Part shown: positions 10,388 to 19,662 of the stretch, one piece after another
Numbering within the stretch: position 1 is the first letter of the stretch
Layout of the letters: each line of letters starts with the position of its first letter
Origin: an uncultured Verrucomicrobiae bacterium
Lineage (GTDB): Bacteria; Chlamydiota; Chlamydiia; Chlamydiales; Rhabdochlamydiaceae
Direction of reading: 5' to 3'
Assembly: GCA_963806855.1 (NCBI GenBank)
Contig: CAWDYW010000001.1
Span: 64,001-128,000, forward strand
DNA length: 64,000 nucleotides
Notes under the pieces: model-generated
Databases searched by the model: none
What the model was told of the DNA's origin: nothing
Seen by the model: only the letters and a program-made list of their open reading frames with translations
Program-made: the position numbers and the translations under genes

Positions 10388-11205
10388 CAGATAATATCGG
10401 CAAAGTGGTGTTCAATTTTTCTAAACACAATCGTCCCCACTGCAAGTAGCATCAGACTCGCAACCATCGCAATCCAGAAGGAATGCATCGGGAATGGAGA
10501 TTGGCCGAGGCAAGCCCATCGAAAAGCATCGATGATGCCAACCATCGGGTTGAGACAATAGATCGTTTGAAATGGCGCTGGGATTATTTTCGCAGAATAG
10601 ACGAGTGGCGAGGCATACATCCACAGCTGCAGCAGAAAGGGGACAATGTGCTTAAAGTCACGATAGTAGACGCACAGCGAAGAGAAAAGCAGATTGATGC
10701 CAGAAGAAAAAACAAATAGAAGCGCGATGCAAACAGGAAGAAAGAATAGATTTGTCGAGAGAGCATAGTGCTGCTGCACCATCAAGATCAGCAACATAGC
10801 CAAAGCAATTGCCAGATCGAGCACAACGCCAAAGGTTGCTGAGAGGGGGATAAAGATGCGGGGAAAATAGACTTTCGTAATCAGGCGAGAGTCGTTGATC
10901 AAGCTTGGATTCGCTCTCTGAAGCGCTTGAGAGAAGATCATCCAGGGAATTAGTCCACAAAAAGCAAACAGGATATAAGGATACCCTTCGCTCGGCAACT
11001 GCATCACATTTCCAAAAAGGGCGGTCAGCAGAATGGCAGTCAAAAGGGGCTGCAGAACCACCCACGCGACGCCAAAAAAGGTCTGCTTATAGCGCAATTT
11101 GATGTCGCGCACCATCAGCATACATAAGACCCATCGGAACTGGGCTAGCTCAGCAAAATCAATTTTAATCCAGGGTCTGTGGGCATCTATAAGAATCTTC
11201 TTCAC
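10387..11205 (-). CDS. wzm: Polysaccharide ABC exporter permease
   Basis: RDIKLRYKQTFFGVAWVVLQP, LITKVYFPR, YYRDFKHI, LNPM; six TM segments. Confidence 0.92.
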   Translation of the reverse strand: MKKILIDAHRPWIKIDFAELAQFRWVLCMLMVRDIKLRYKQTFFGVAWVVLQPLLTAILLTALFGNVMQLPSEGYPYILFAFCGLIPWMIFSQALQRANPSLINDSRLITKVYFPRIFIPLSATFGVVLDLAIALAMLLILMVQQHYALSTNLFFLPVCIALLFVFSSGINLLFSSLCVYYRDFKHIVPFLLQLWMYASPLVYSAKIIPAPFQTIYCLNPMVGIIDAFRWACLGQSPFPMHSFWIAMVASLMLLAVGTIVFRKIEHHFADII

Positions 11206-11286
11206 AGACTCACTATATATAGAGTTGTATTTTTACCCAGATTTTCCTATACTATTTGCCATTCAAAAAACCATGGAGGTAAAAAA

Positions 11287-11619
11287 ATGGAAATAGGTGC
11301 AGTTCGTCAAGAAAGTATGTTTACAACAGCTCTTCCCTATGGGCTAGGGATGCTCGGACTTGGCGTTGTCGGAGCCATTACGGCTGTTGCTGCGACATCG
11401 ACAATCGGTTTGATCATGGGGATCGCTTTGGGGATTCTTGGAGGCTATGGCTTCTTGGGTGTTATCTCTTGCGCTTGGACAAGCCGAGATTCACTCGAAT
11501 TTAACCAAAATATTTGGAAGCACATTGCTACAGCTGCCGGAACAGGCCTTTCAGAAATCATCGTCATGGTGGTCAAAGCGGTTGTCCTTGAGTTGATTTT
11601 TGGACGCAAACGTGCATAA
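11287..11619 (+). CDS. Small hydrophobic protein, Inc-like bilobed hydrophobic domain (paralog 1)
   Basis: GGAGGT RBS; ~50-aa Gly-rich hydrophobic stretch, FNQNIWKHIAT, second hydrophobic segment; paralog at 11786. Confidence 0.75.
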   Translation: MEIGAVRQESMFTTALPYGLGMLGLGVVGAITAVAATSTIGLIMGIALGILGGYGFLGVISCAWTSRDSLEFNQNIWKHIATAAGTGLSEIIVMVVKAVVLELIFGRKRA

Positions 11620-11622
11620 CGA

Positions 11623-11707
11623 TTAGAGGTCGTCTTCCAACAATTCTAATCTCTGATATTGCTGCAGCTCATCTCTGAAATGGGCTGCATCTTCGAAGCG
11701 GAGCTCT
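11623..11707 (-). repeat. Duplicated 3' end of uvrB
   Basis: 11632-11707 is identical (76 bp) to 12141-12216; it ends in codons DDL* versus DNL* in uvrB. Confidence 0.95.
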
Positions 11708-11785
11708 GTTGTAAGTTGCCTCTTCACGTTTAAGCTGAACTTGTCTATGCTTTGTACTTATTCACCAAACCTGGAGGTTTAAAAA

Positions 11786-12121
11786 ATGGAAATAGGCACA
11801 GTTCCTCAAGAAAGTATATTCGATACTGCACTTTGCCATGGTATACCGGCAGTTATAGTTGGATCTGTAGGAGCGGTTATTACTGCTGTTGCAGTTTCAC
11901 CAGTAGAATTAATCGTTGGAATAGCTTTAGGCATTTTGGGAGCATTTAGCTTCGTCGGAGTTCTCACTTGTTCTCTCGCTAACCGAAAAGTCGAAGATTT
12001 TAACCAAAATATTTGGAAGCATATCGCAACACATATTGGGATAGGAATCTCTTTTATCGCTTTTATTATAACAGCATCCTCTATAGGAAAAGCATCGCTC
12101 CTTTTATTCAAACCGATTTAG
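11786..12121 (+). CDS. Small hydrophobic protein, Inc-like (paralog 2)
   Basis: GGAGGT RBS; MEIG.V.QES, GIALGILG and FNQNIWKHIAT shared with paralog 1. Confidence 0.75.
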   Translation: MEIGTVPQESIFDTALCHGIPAVIVGSVGAVITAVAVSPVELIVGIALGILGAFSFVGVLTCSLANRKVEDFNQNIWKHIATHIGIGISFIAFIITASSIGKASLLLFKPI

Positions 12122-12131
12122 TGAATCCAAA

Positions 12132-14129
12132 TTACAAATTGTCTTCCAACAATTCTAATCTCTGATATTGCTGCAGCTCATCTCTGAAATGGGCTGCATC
12201 TTCGAAGCGGAGCTCTTTCGCCGCTCTTTTCATTTCGATTTCCAGTTCTCTGATCTTCTCGGCCACATCGGCTTTACTGAGATAGCTGGGCCCTTCTCCT
12301 TCTGCAGCGCGAGAGGTCGGTTCGATCTCTCCGAAGGTCTCTAGGAGGGTTTCGAGCTTTGCCCGTTTCACCGATTGGGGGATAATCCCATGCTGGGCGT
12401 TGTAGGCCTCTTGGACCAGCCGCCGCTCTTTGGTGATCTCCACGGCCCGATTGATCGATTTGGTCGCTCTATCGGCATACATGATGACTCGCCCCTCGAG
12501 GTTGCGGGCGGCCCGTCCACAGGTCTGGATGAGGGCTGTTTCACTGCGCAAAAATCCCTCTTTGTCGGCATCGAGAATCGCGACGAGCGATACTTCGGGA
12601 AGATCAAGCCCTTCGCGCAAGAGGTTAATTCCGACGAGGACATCGAAGAGTCCTTTGCGCAAGTCGCTCAAAATTTGGACCCGCTCGAGCGTGTCGATAT
12701 CAGAGTGGAGATATTTGGCTTTCACTCCAATTTCGGTCAGGTATTGTGTCAGGTCTTCGGCCAATTTTTTGGTGAGGACGGTGACGAGTACCCGCCCCCC
12801 TTTCTCGGTTTCGACACGGATCTCTTCAAGGCAATCGTCAACCTGATTGGTTGCCCCTTTGATGGTAATGTTGGGGTCGAGCAGTCCGGTTGGTCGAATG
12901 ATCTGCTGGACGATTTCCCCTTGCGCTTCTTGCACTTCCCAGGGGCCTGGGGTCGCTGAGACGTAGATCACTTGGTTGATCCGTTGATAGAACTCCTCAA
13001 ATTTGAGGGGGCGGTTGTCGTAGGCAGACGGAAGGCGGAACCCAAACTCGACGAGTGAATTCTTTCTGGCCCGGTCTCCATTGTACATGGCGTGCACTTG
13101 CGGCAAGCTCTGGTGCGATTCATCTACAAAGAGGAGGAAATTTTGGGGGAAATAATCGAGAAGACAGGGTGGAGGATCGCCGGCATTTCGTCCAGAAAAA
13201 TGGCGCGAATAGTTTTCGATCCCTTTGCAAAAACCCACTTCCCGCATCATTTCTAGATCATAGCTGGTCCGCTCTTTGATCCGCTGTCTCTCGAGCAGCT
13301 TTTCCTCCTTTTCAAAGTAGCCAACTCGCTCCTTCAGCTCCTCTCTAATCGTCTCGATAGCATGGAGGCGCACACCTTCAGGCGTTACGTGGTGCGAGCC
13401 AGGAAAAATCGCAATCTTATCGAGTCGATCGAGCACTTTGCCGGTGAGAGGATCGATCGCGCTGATCCGGTCGATCTCATCGCCAAAAAACTCGATCCGG
13501 TAGGCGAGCTTCTCCTCATAAGCGGGCATCACTTCGAGCACATCGCCGCGGGCCCGAAAGGTGGCGCGGGCCAGGTCGAAATCGTTGCGCTTGTAATGCA
13601 TCTCGACAAGATGGAGAAGCACCTCATCGCGCCGCTGCTTTTGACCCACTTCAAGATTGAGCTGCATTTTGCTGTAGTATTCAGGAAGTCCCAAGCCGTA
13701 GATGCAAGAGACCGAGGAGACGATGATCACATCTTCCCGCTCGATCAAGGAACGGGTCGCAGCTGAGGCGCATCCGGTCGATTTGGTCATTGATCGCAAG
13801 ATCTTTTTCGATGTAGGTATCGGTCCTTGGCAATATAGGCTTCCGGTTGATAGTAGTCGTAGTAGGAGACAAAATACTCGACGGCATTTTTGGGGAAAAA
13901 GGCTTTGAATTCCTGGTAGAGCTGCGCCGCGAGGGTCTTATTGTGGGCCAAAATCAAGCGCGGGCCGCTTGATTTGGGTGATCACATTGGCCATGGTGAA
14001 GGTCTTTCCGGAGCCGGTGATCCCCAAGAGCACCTGCGACTTTTTCTCCGCGCGGACTCCAGCGACCAGTTTTTTAATTGCTTCTGGTTGGTCTCCGCAC
14101 GGCTGAAACTCGGTCACTAATTCAAACAT
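12132..14129 (-). CDS. uvrB: Excinuclease ABC subunit B; three apparent +1 frameshifts at about 13760, 13827 and 13956
   Basis: [68 protein letters not shown]-terminal UVR coil. Confidence 0.97.
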
Positions 14130-15345
14130 TTGGCAAGTAGGGGGCTTTAAGCATATGGGAAATTTGAAAGAAGATAACCAGCAACGCAAAGAGGAAAATG
14201 ACAACCAAAAGGGGCTTGCCACCAAACACCTGATAGGGCGACTTGATCTGTTTTTTATATCTCCCTTTCCACACCATCATCACTGGCAAAATTCCAAATA
14301 GGAGCATGGTGCAAATCCCTCCAGCAAAATTCAATGCATCCAAAAAGATGTTCGGATAGATCATTGCGAGGGCCAAAGGAGGCAAGAGAGTCAGGACAAT
14401 TAGCCAAAATTCCTCATGCTTTTTATAACTCACTTTCATCCCATCGGCCAAGAAGTGGGAAAGGCTCAGCGCTTGGGCAAGGAAGGAGGTCAATATGGCG
14501 AAAAAAGCAAGCAGGCTGGCGAGGGTGCTGACCCAGCTTGCGCCTAAGATTCCGACGAGGGACTGAGAGGCCTCTCCTCCGGCGCGCATCGTATCGAGAA
14601 GTCCCGATTTCCCTTCGACAGGAACAATCCCAAGGACTAGCACCTGCCAAATCGAGTAGACAACAAGCGCGAAAAGCCCTCCAAGGATGATGCTTAGGCG
14701 CACCTTCTTCAAATTATTTTGGAAATAGTCGGTCAAGCTAGGAATCATATTGTGAAAGCCAAAGGCAATCACTAAAATTGGAAGGGCTAAAACGGTATAT
14801 TTAGCGTCCGAGCGGCTCAGAAGGGAGGGTTGGATATAGCTCACTCCAAACAAAATGAAGCCGATAAATACGGCAATTTTTCCCACCATCAAAACCCGAT
14901 TCCATAGATCGACCGGCCTTGTTCCTCTATAGACCACAAAGCCAAACAGAATCACAAAGAAAAGGCTGCCGACCCAATCTGGTACGCTTAAGGCAAAATA
15001 TTGCTTAAAGATCGTCGCGACAATTCCCCCAATCCCCGCAATATAGGCGACGAGAACGGAATAAAAGAGAAAGAGATAAAGGATCCAACAGGCAATTTTC
15101 CCTTTTTTCCCAAGGGTATGCCCCACCATCGTGATCAGATTGACCTTCTTTGAGAACCAACCGTTTGATTCGATCAGAAGAAGCCCTGTCGTTGTCATGA
15201 AGGCCCAAACGACTAAGAAGGCGACCATCGAAGGCCAAAATCCCGATAAACCGGTCATAATTGGCAATCCGAGCATCCCTGCTCCGATACAACTCCCCGC
15301 AATGAGGAGCATCCCTCCGAGGACCCCTACTTTACCTTTAGACAT
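14122..15345 (-). CDS. tyrP: Tyrosine/tryptophan (HAAAP family) permease
   Basis: [30 protein letters not shown], ~11 TM segments. Confidence 0.88.
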   Translation of the reverse strand: MSKGKVGVLGGMLLIAGSCIGAGMLGLPIMTGLSGFWPSMVAFLVVWAFMTTTGLLLIESNGWFSKKVNLITMVGHTLGKKGKIACWILYLFLFYSVLVAYIAGIGGIVATIFKQYFALSVPDWVGSLFFVILFGFVVYRGTRPVDLWNRVLMVGKIAVFIGFILFGVSYIQPSLLSRSDAKYTVLALPILVIAFGFHNMIPSLTDYFQNNLKKVRLSIILGGLFALVVYSIWQVLVLGIVPVEGKSGLLDTMRAGGEASQSLVGILGASWVSTLASLLAFFAILTSFLAQALSLSHFLADGMKVSYKKHEEFWLIVLTLLPPLALAMIYPNIFLDALNFAGGICTMLLFGILPVMMVWKGRYKKQIKSPYQVFGGKPLLVVIFLFALLVIFFQISHMLKAPYLPNV

Positions 15346-16981
15346 ATTCTTTCCTTTTTTGAACAGTTCTAATTTCTTGTCCCAATCGTCCAAGCTGATA
15401 CCCATCAAAGTCGACAAATTTGAAATAGCGCTCAAATTGTGGACACGCTTTCGAAACTTGCTTGGCTAGCTCTTGCGCAATGTATCTGTAATTGGTGTGG
15501 CCAGCCGGCGAAGAGCGGAGCTCGCACAGCCATTGCAACGCCCTCAAATTGACGTGGAAATACCAGTGAATGTTGTATCCCATTGGAACCACATACTGCC
15601 CCTCTTCGGGCAGTTCTAATGAAATTTGTTCAAATGCCCGTTTTGCCTCGTCCATTGCTTCGCAATAGGGGGCTTCCATCGGAGTGTCGCGGAGTTCAGT
15701 CGGCACAAAGTAGCCCAAATCGCAACTCAGCAGCTGCCGCTCCTGCGTGAGCATCCGATGCCGCTGAAGATCGCGATAGACTCCAAAATCGGCCACCAGC
15801 TCAAAAGTGAAAGTCGCATGCTCAAGTGCCCGCGGCGATTTGTGGCGCCGATTTTCTCTGAAACTGCTTCCTGTCTCCAAAATCCGATTTAGATGCTCCT
15901 CAGGAAGGCTGCGGCAATAGGCTTGCAGCTCCATTAAACCTGAGTTGGAAAATTCAAACATCAGCGCAGCCGCCACCTTGCTCGGCGCATCGGGATCATA
16001 GGAGATTAACCGCACTCCCGGTGTGCTCATCGCAGGAATATTGGCGCTACACTCTTCGGAGAGCGCTCGCAATTCCCCTCGAAGCTGCTCTGTAAATTGG
16101 GTGAAAGTCTGCTGATATTTGTGATTGGGCTCAGCGCGTCGCACAAATGAGGGCATGATTTTAGAAAGTTCCTGGAACCCTTTTTTCCCGATGTCCTGCA
16201 TTTCCGCCAGATTGTGCCCATTGAGTTTTTGAAGCAGCCCCTCGAAGAATCGACCATTGCCAAAGACTCCCATATTGGTGAGCGCACTTGCGGGCAAAAG
16301 ACCCCTTAGGCAGTCGAGCACTTTCGCCCGAATCGCCGCAGTATAGGCGACGAGTGAGACATCTTGCTCTTTTGGAAATTTTTTCTCCATAATCAGCGTC
16401 ATCTGCGGGATCAGCGACGAGTAGGTCTCATAAAGTCGATTGCAAGTATGCACATAGAGCTCACGAAAAGCCGACGTCATCAAAATGGGCTCTCGGTAAT
16501 ACAGATATTCGCCTCCCACCTTCTGATCGAAATAGATATAGCGGGTCGACTTCTCTAGAGGCGAGCCTCCGATGCGGCAATCCTCGATCACTTTGGCAGC
16601 GAGCATCGACACATTTTCTAAAGCTAAATGGCCGCCGCCGAGCTCTCCAATCGAATCATCTCCATACCCATCAAGAATCCGATCATAAAAATTTTGAGCC
16701 TTTTTGATCGCCATGATCTGATCTTCAACATCCCGGTCATCGCTATCACTTTTCATCATCGAACTGACGATGGCGTTAAATGCGGTCTCTTCGCTCATGA
16801 TAAATTCTTTCAGCAGCAGCGAGCGGAGTCCCAAGCTGGAGCGTGAATAGCGTGAGAATAAAGCTCCCTTAATGACTTCCGGAAGGTTGCGCAAGCAAAA
16901 AATATTGCTCGTCGTATTTGTCACGTAACGATTTAAAATTTTGATTTGCTGCGGAGAAAACGTTTCATAATCTTCGATCAT
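15338..16981 (-). CDS. thyX: FAD-dependent thymidylate synthase, chlamydial long type
   Basis: GALFSRYSRS, YGDDSIGELG, LEKSTRY, RDLQRHRMLTQ, NLRALQWLCELRS. Confidence 0.92.
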   Translation of the reverse strand: MIEDYETFSPQQIKILNRYVTNTTSNIFCLRNLPEVIKGALFSRYSRSSLGLRSLLLKEFIMSEETAFNAIVSSMMKSDSDDRDVEDQIMAIKKAQNFYDRILDGYGDDSIGELGGGHLALENVSMLAAKVIEDCRIGGSPLEKSTRYIYFDQKVGGEYLYYREPILMTSAFRELYVHTCNRLYETYSSLIPQMTLIMEKKFPKEQDVSLVAYTAAIRAKVLDCLRGLLPASALTNMGVFGNGRFFEGLLQKLNGHNLAEMQDIGKKGFQELSKIMPSFVRRAEPNHKYQQTFTQFTEQLRGELRALSEECSANIPAMSTPGVRLISYDPDAPSKVAAALMFEFSNSGLMELQAYCRSLPEEHLNRILETGSSFRENRRHKSPRALEHATFTFELVADFGVYRDLQRHRMLTQERQLLSCDLGYFVPTELRDTPMEAPYCEAMDEAKRAFEQISLELPEEGQYVVPMGYNIHWYFHVNLRALQWLCELRSSPAGHTNYRYIAQELAKQVSKACPQFERYFKFVDFDGYQLGRLGQEIRTVQKRKEYV

Positions 16982-17111
16982 AGCTATCCTATTGAGATGA
17001 AAATTCACTTAAGGGTGACATATTTTTTCTGCTAGATCAAGAGTAAAGTGAGATGAGGTTGATGATTACTGTTATCTGAGACTCCCAGTCTTTCGAGGCA
17101 TTAGACAACCA

Positions 17112-17196
17112 AACGATTGGAACGATACAACGATAAGAACGATAACGATTTTTTTCTTTTTTTTATCATTCTTATCGTTATATCGTTCACATCGTT
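17112..17196. repeat. Imperfect inverted repeat made of AACGAT units (8-9 bp period) with a T-rich loop
   Basis: AACGATTGGAACGATACAACGATAAGAACGATAA ... TTATCATTCTTATCGTTATATCGTTCACATCGTT. Confidence 0.85.
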
Positions 17197-17254
17197 GTGC
17201 CCCTATTGTGACCATTATGCACTTTGCAGGCGTCCTGGATTCTGTGTATTTGCT

Positions 17255-17339
17255 TCATTTGACTCAAATTTTGACTCAGCATTCTTTTTTGAGTCAAATG
17301 ATTCAAATTGTCTTATTAAGATTTGAATCATTCGACTCA
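17255..17339. repeat. Overlapping inverted repeats of TGANTCA units
   Basis: 17255-17268 pairs perfectly with 17288-17301; 17290-17308 pairs 18/19 with 17321-17339. Confidence 0.85.
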
Positions 17340-17394
17340 TTGAAAATAGGGCTGATTCGAATTATTAACTTTATCCTTAAGCACTTAGGCCCAT

Positions 17395-19530
17395 TTAATC
17401 ATACCTCTCTTCATACAACGTCCAATAGAGGCTATTGCCGGTCTCGCCGATTGCACCGACATCACGCAACCAGGCCGACATCGCATAAGTGACAAAAGTG
17501 CGGCTACTTTTTTTCAGGAACATATCGAAGGGGATGATGAATGCAAAGCCTTTGTCAAAGTAGGTGTGACCATTGACATGATCATGCCCGTTTGTGAAGG
17601 TAGCCCATAGAGAGAATCGGGCGCCGCTGGGAAAATAGCGGGTCACTTCGATTCTTGCCCCTTTGTCTTTGGCCAAAAACTGCCCTACTTTGAGTTCGAA
17701 AAGGAGCTGAAGCGGTTTAAAATCGTAGTAAAGATTTAGAAAATATTGGAGACCGGTGTAGTGCTCCCATACCTCATGCCGGTGGTGATTAAACTTAGAG
17801 ACCTTGTCGGTAAAGCCAAGCCCATAGTATTTTCGTTTCCAGAGAACTGCCCCCTCAAGGCCGACTGCCCAATTCGATTGGACTGGATAGAGCAATAATT
17901 CGGTAGCTCCGCCCCCATAAGCGGGTTCAAAATAGCCAGCCGAGAGGCGATAGAACCACCCGCACCCCATGTTCCACGACCGCTGCAGGTAAAATTCATC
18001 AAGACGGAAGCGCCCTTCTTGGTAATACTTGACAGCATCGGTCCGGACATGGAGGAGCTCGGAGGGATTCAGTCGATCGCGGCTGGTCAGACCGTGCACA
18101 CTCGAATAGATCGAGTAGGAGCCTTGAAGATAATAAGTGAGCCCTTTTGGCAAAAACCCCTCGAGGGAGCCGGTCACGCCGAGGCTATATTTGTATTTTC
18201 CACTTGTCGCTCCAAAGAAAGAGATGAGGCGCGGGCTCAAGGTCAGAGTCCAAATCTCCCTTTTTCGGTCGAAGAGAGTTTGCACTTGATAGGGATCAAG
18301 AGCGCAGCCCGCTTCACACATCGGTGATAAAACTTCAAGTTCCCATGAGCTTAAACAACATTCTTGATAGCGCTGCAGATCGCAAGTGCGAAAGGAGTAG
18401 CTGTGGCTGGTCACCCCTTCGGCCTCAATCACCACTTTGATGCTGGTGATATTGGAAGGGGTCAGGGCTGCGAGGAGATCTTGAATCCGATCCCGGACGA
18501 CGGCCTCTTCTCGGTAACGATTGTTAACCACTTTTAGATGAAGCTCACGCCCACATTCAGAATCACAGAAAAGATAGGCCTCATAGAGATCGAGCCCCTG
18601 ATCGGCAAAGCTGCAAGCCAGATCACTGATAAATTCTTTCTCGGGCCGCACGGGACCGATCGGCTCGAGATCAACTGGACAGGTGTAGCTCTGCGGATCA
18701 TCCACTTTAGGAGCAAGGCCGGGCGATGAACCGAGCGGAAAGCGGATCGAGGCCGATCCGCCGATTTTTTCGCCCCGCACAGAGCTGATACTCAGTTGAA
18801 GGGTATCGCCGAGCAGATAAGAGACGCCCCCATTGATGCGCGAGGAGACATGCCGCCCTTTGAAATGCTCGCTATGATGCTTTTTGTAATTATTGGCATC
18901 GTATTCAGCAATGAGGGAAATATTTTTTAAAATGGGAATATCGGAGCAGCGAAATGGAGTCCAAACGGCACCACCGAAGAGCCCCTTGATGCGCCCCCAG
19001 CCCCATCCAAGTGAGAGTTCAAGGTTGTAATCATTCCAAGTTTTTGTTGCGACCACATAGTGGGAACTGAAGCGGCGCGTGCCAATTACATCGTCGAGAC
19101 CGAAGGCGATCGAGGGGAGGAAGGGGAAGTTATCTTCAGGGACTAAAATCCCAAATTTGACATTCCCAACGCGATCGGCATCATCGCCAAACCCTTCATG
19201 GCCAAAATTGGCCTCTTTGACTCCGCGGAAAACCCGATAGTTGGCCGAGAGCTCGATCCGGCTAAAGACCGCGAAATTGGCCCCGAAGACATAGTAAGGA
19301 GGGACCGAGGCAGCTCCAAAAGCGAAATCGCCCGATTTGGGAAAACGGGCCGATGGCATCGTGAAATAGCCCACAACAAAGGAATAATTATAAAAAAAGG
19401 GGAGCTCATCGCTCAGCTCACAATTGATTTCCTCAACCAGCTGCAGGTCTCGAAAGAGAGTACAGCAGTCATCCAGATCTGGATACAGCGATCCGGCGAT
19501 CAGAAGTGCTGATAAAAAAATTAATTTCAT
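17395..19530 (-). CDS. YjbH/GfcD-like outer-membrane beta-barrel (exopolysaccharide export associated)
   Basis: Signal peptide; GYFTMPSAR, PSIAFGLDDVIGTRRFSSHYVVATK, GQFLAKDKGARIEVTRYF, FDKGFAFIIPFD. Confidence 0.82.
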   Translation of the reverse strand: MKLIFLSALLIAGSLYPDLDDCCTLFRDLQLVEEINCELSDELPFFYNYSFVVGYFTMPSARFPKSGDFAFGAASVPPYYVFGANFAVFSRIELSANYRVFRGVKEANFGHEGFGDDADRVGNVKFGILVPEDNFPFLPSIAFGLDDVIGTRRFSSHYVVATKTWNDYNLELSLGWGWGRIKGLFGGAVWTPFRCSDIPILKNISLIAEYDANNYKKHHSEHFKGRHVSSRINGGVSYLLGDTLQLSISSVRGEKIGGSASIRFPLGSSPGLAPKVDDPQSYTCPVDLEPIGPVRPEKEFISDLACSFADQGLDLYEAYLFCDSECGRELHLKVVNNRYREEAVVRDRIQDLLAALTPSNITSIKVVIEAEGVTSHSYSFRTCDLQRYQECCLSSWELEVLSPMCEAGCALDPYQVQTLFDRKREIWTLTLSPRLISFFGATSGKYKYSLGVTGSLEGFLPKGLTYYLQGSYSIYSSVHGLTSRDRLNPSELLHVRTDAVKYYQEGRFRLDEFYLQRSWNMGCGWFYRLSAGYFEPAYGGGATELLLYPVQSNWAVGLEGAVLWKRKYYGLGFTDKVSKFNHHRHEVWEHYTGLQYFLNLYYDFKPLQLLFELKVGQFLAKDKGARIEVTRYFPSGARFSLWATFTNGHDHVNGHTYFDKGFAFIIPFDMFLKKSSRTFVTYAMSAWLRDVGAIGETGNSLYWTLYEERYD

Positions 19531-19662
19531 TGGCGGCCATCGATTTTCAACGGTAAAGAGAAAATTTCTTTTTTTCAACAGGGGAAGCAATTGTTTTTAA
19601 TTTAGCCTCGCTCTATACTCCTTCACGTAGGGGCCAATATTGTAATAAAAAATTCGAGGATT

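Noticed and set aside
2726..14129. topA and uvrB as pseudogenes or programmed frameshifts
   Set aside because: Multiple scattered +1 insertions without slippery sites, and otherwise intact motifs, fit sequencing error better
17100..17365. CRISPR array
   Set aside because: Units are 6-9 bp and inverted, with no unique spacers and no cas genes
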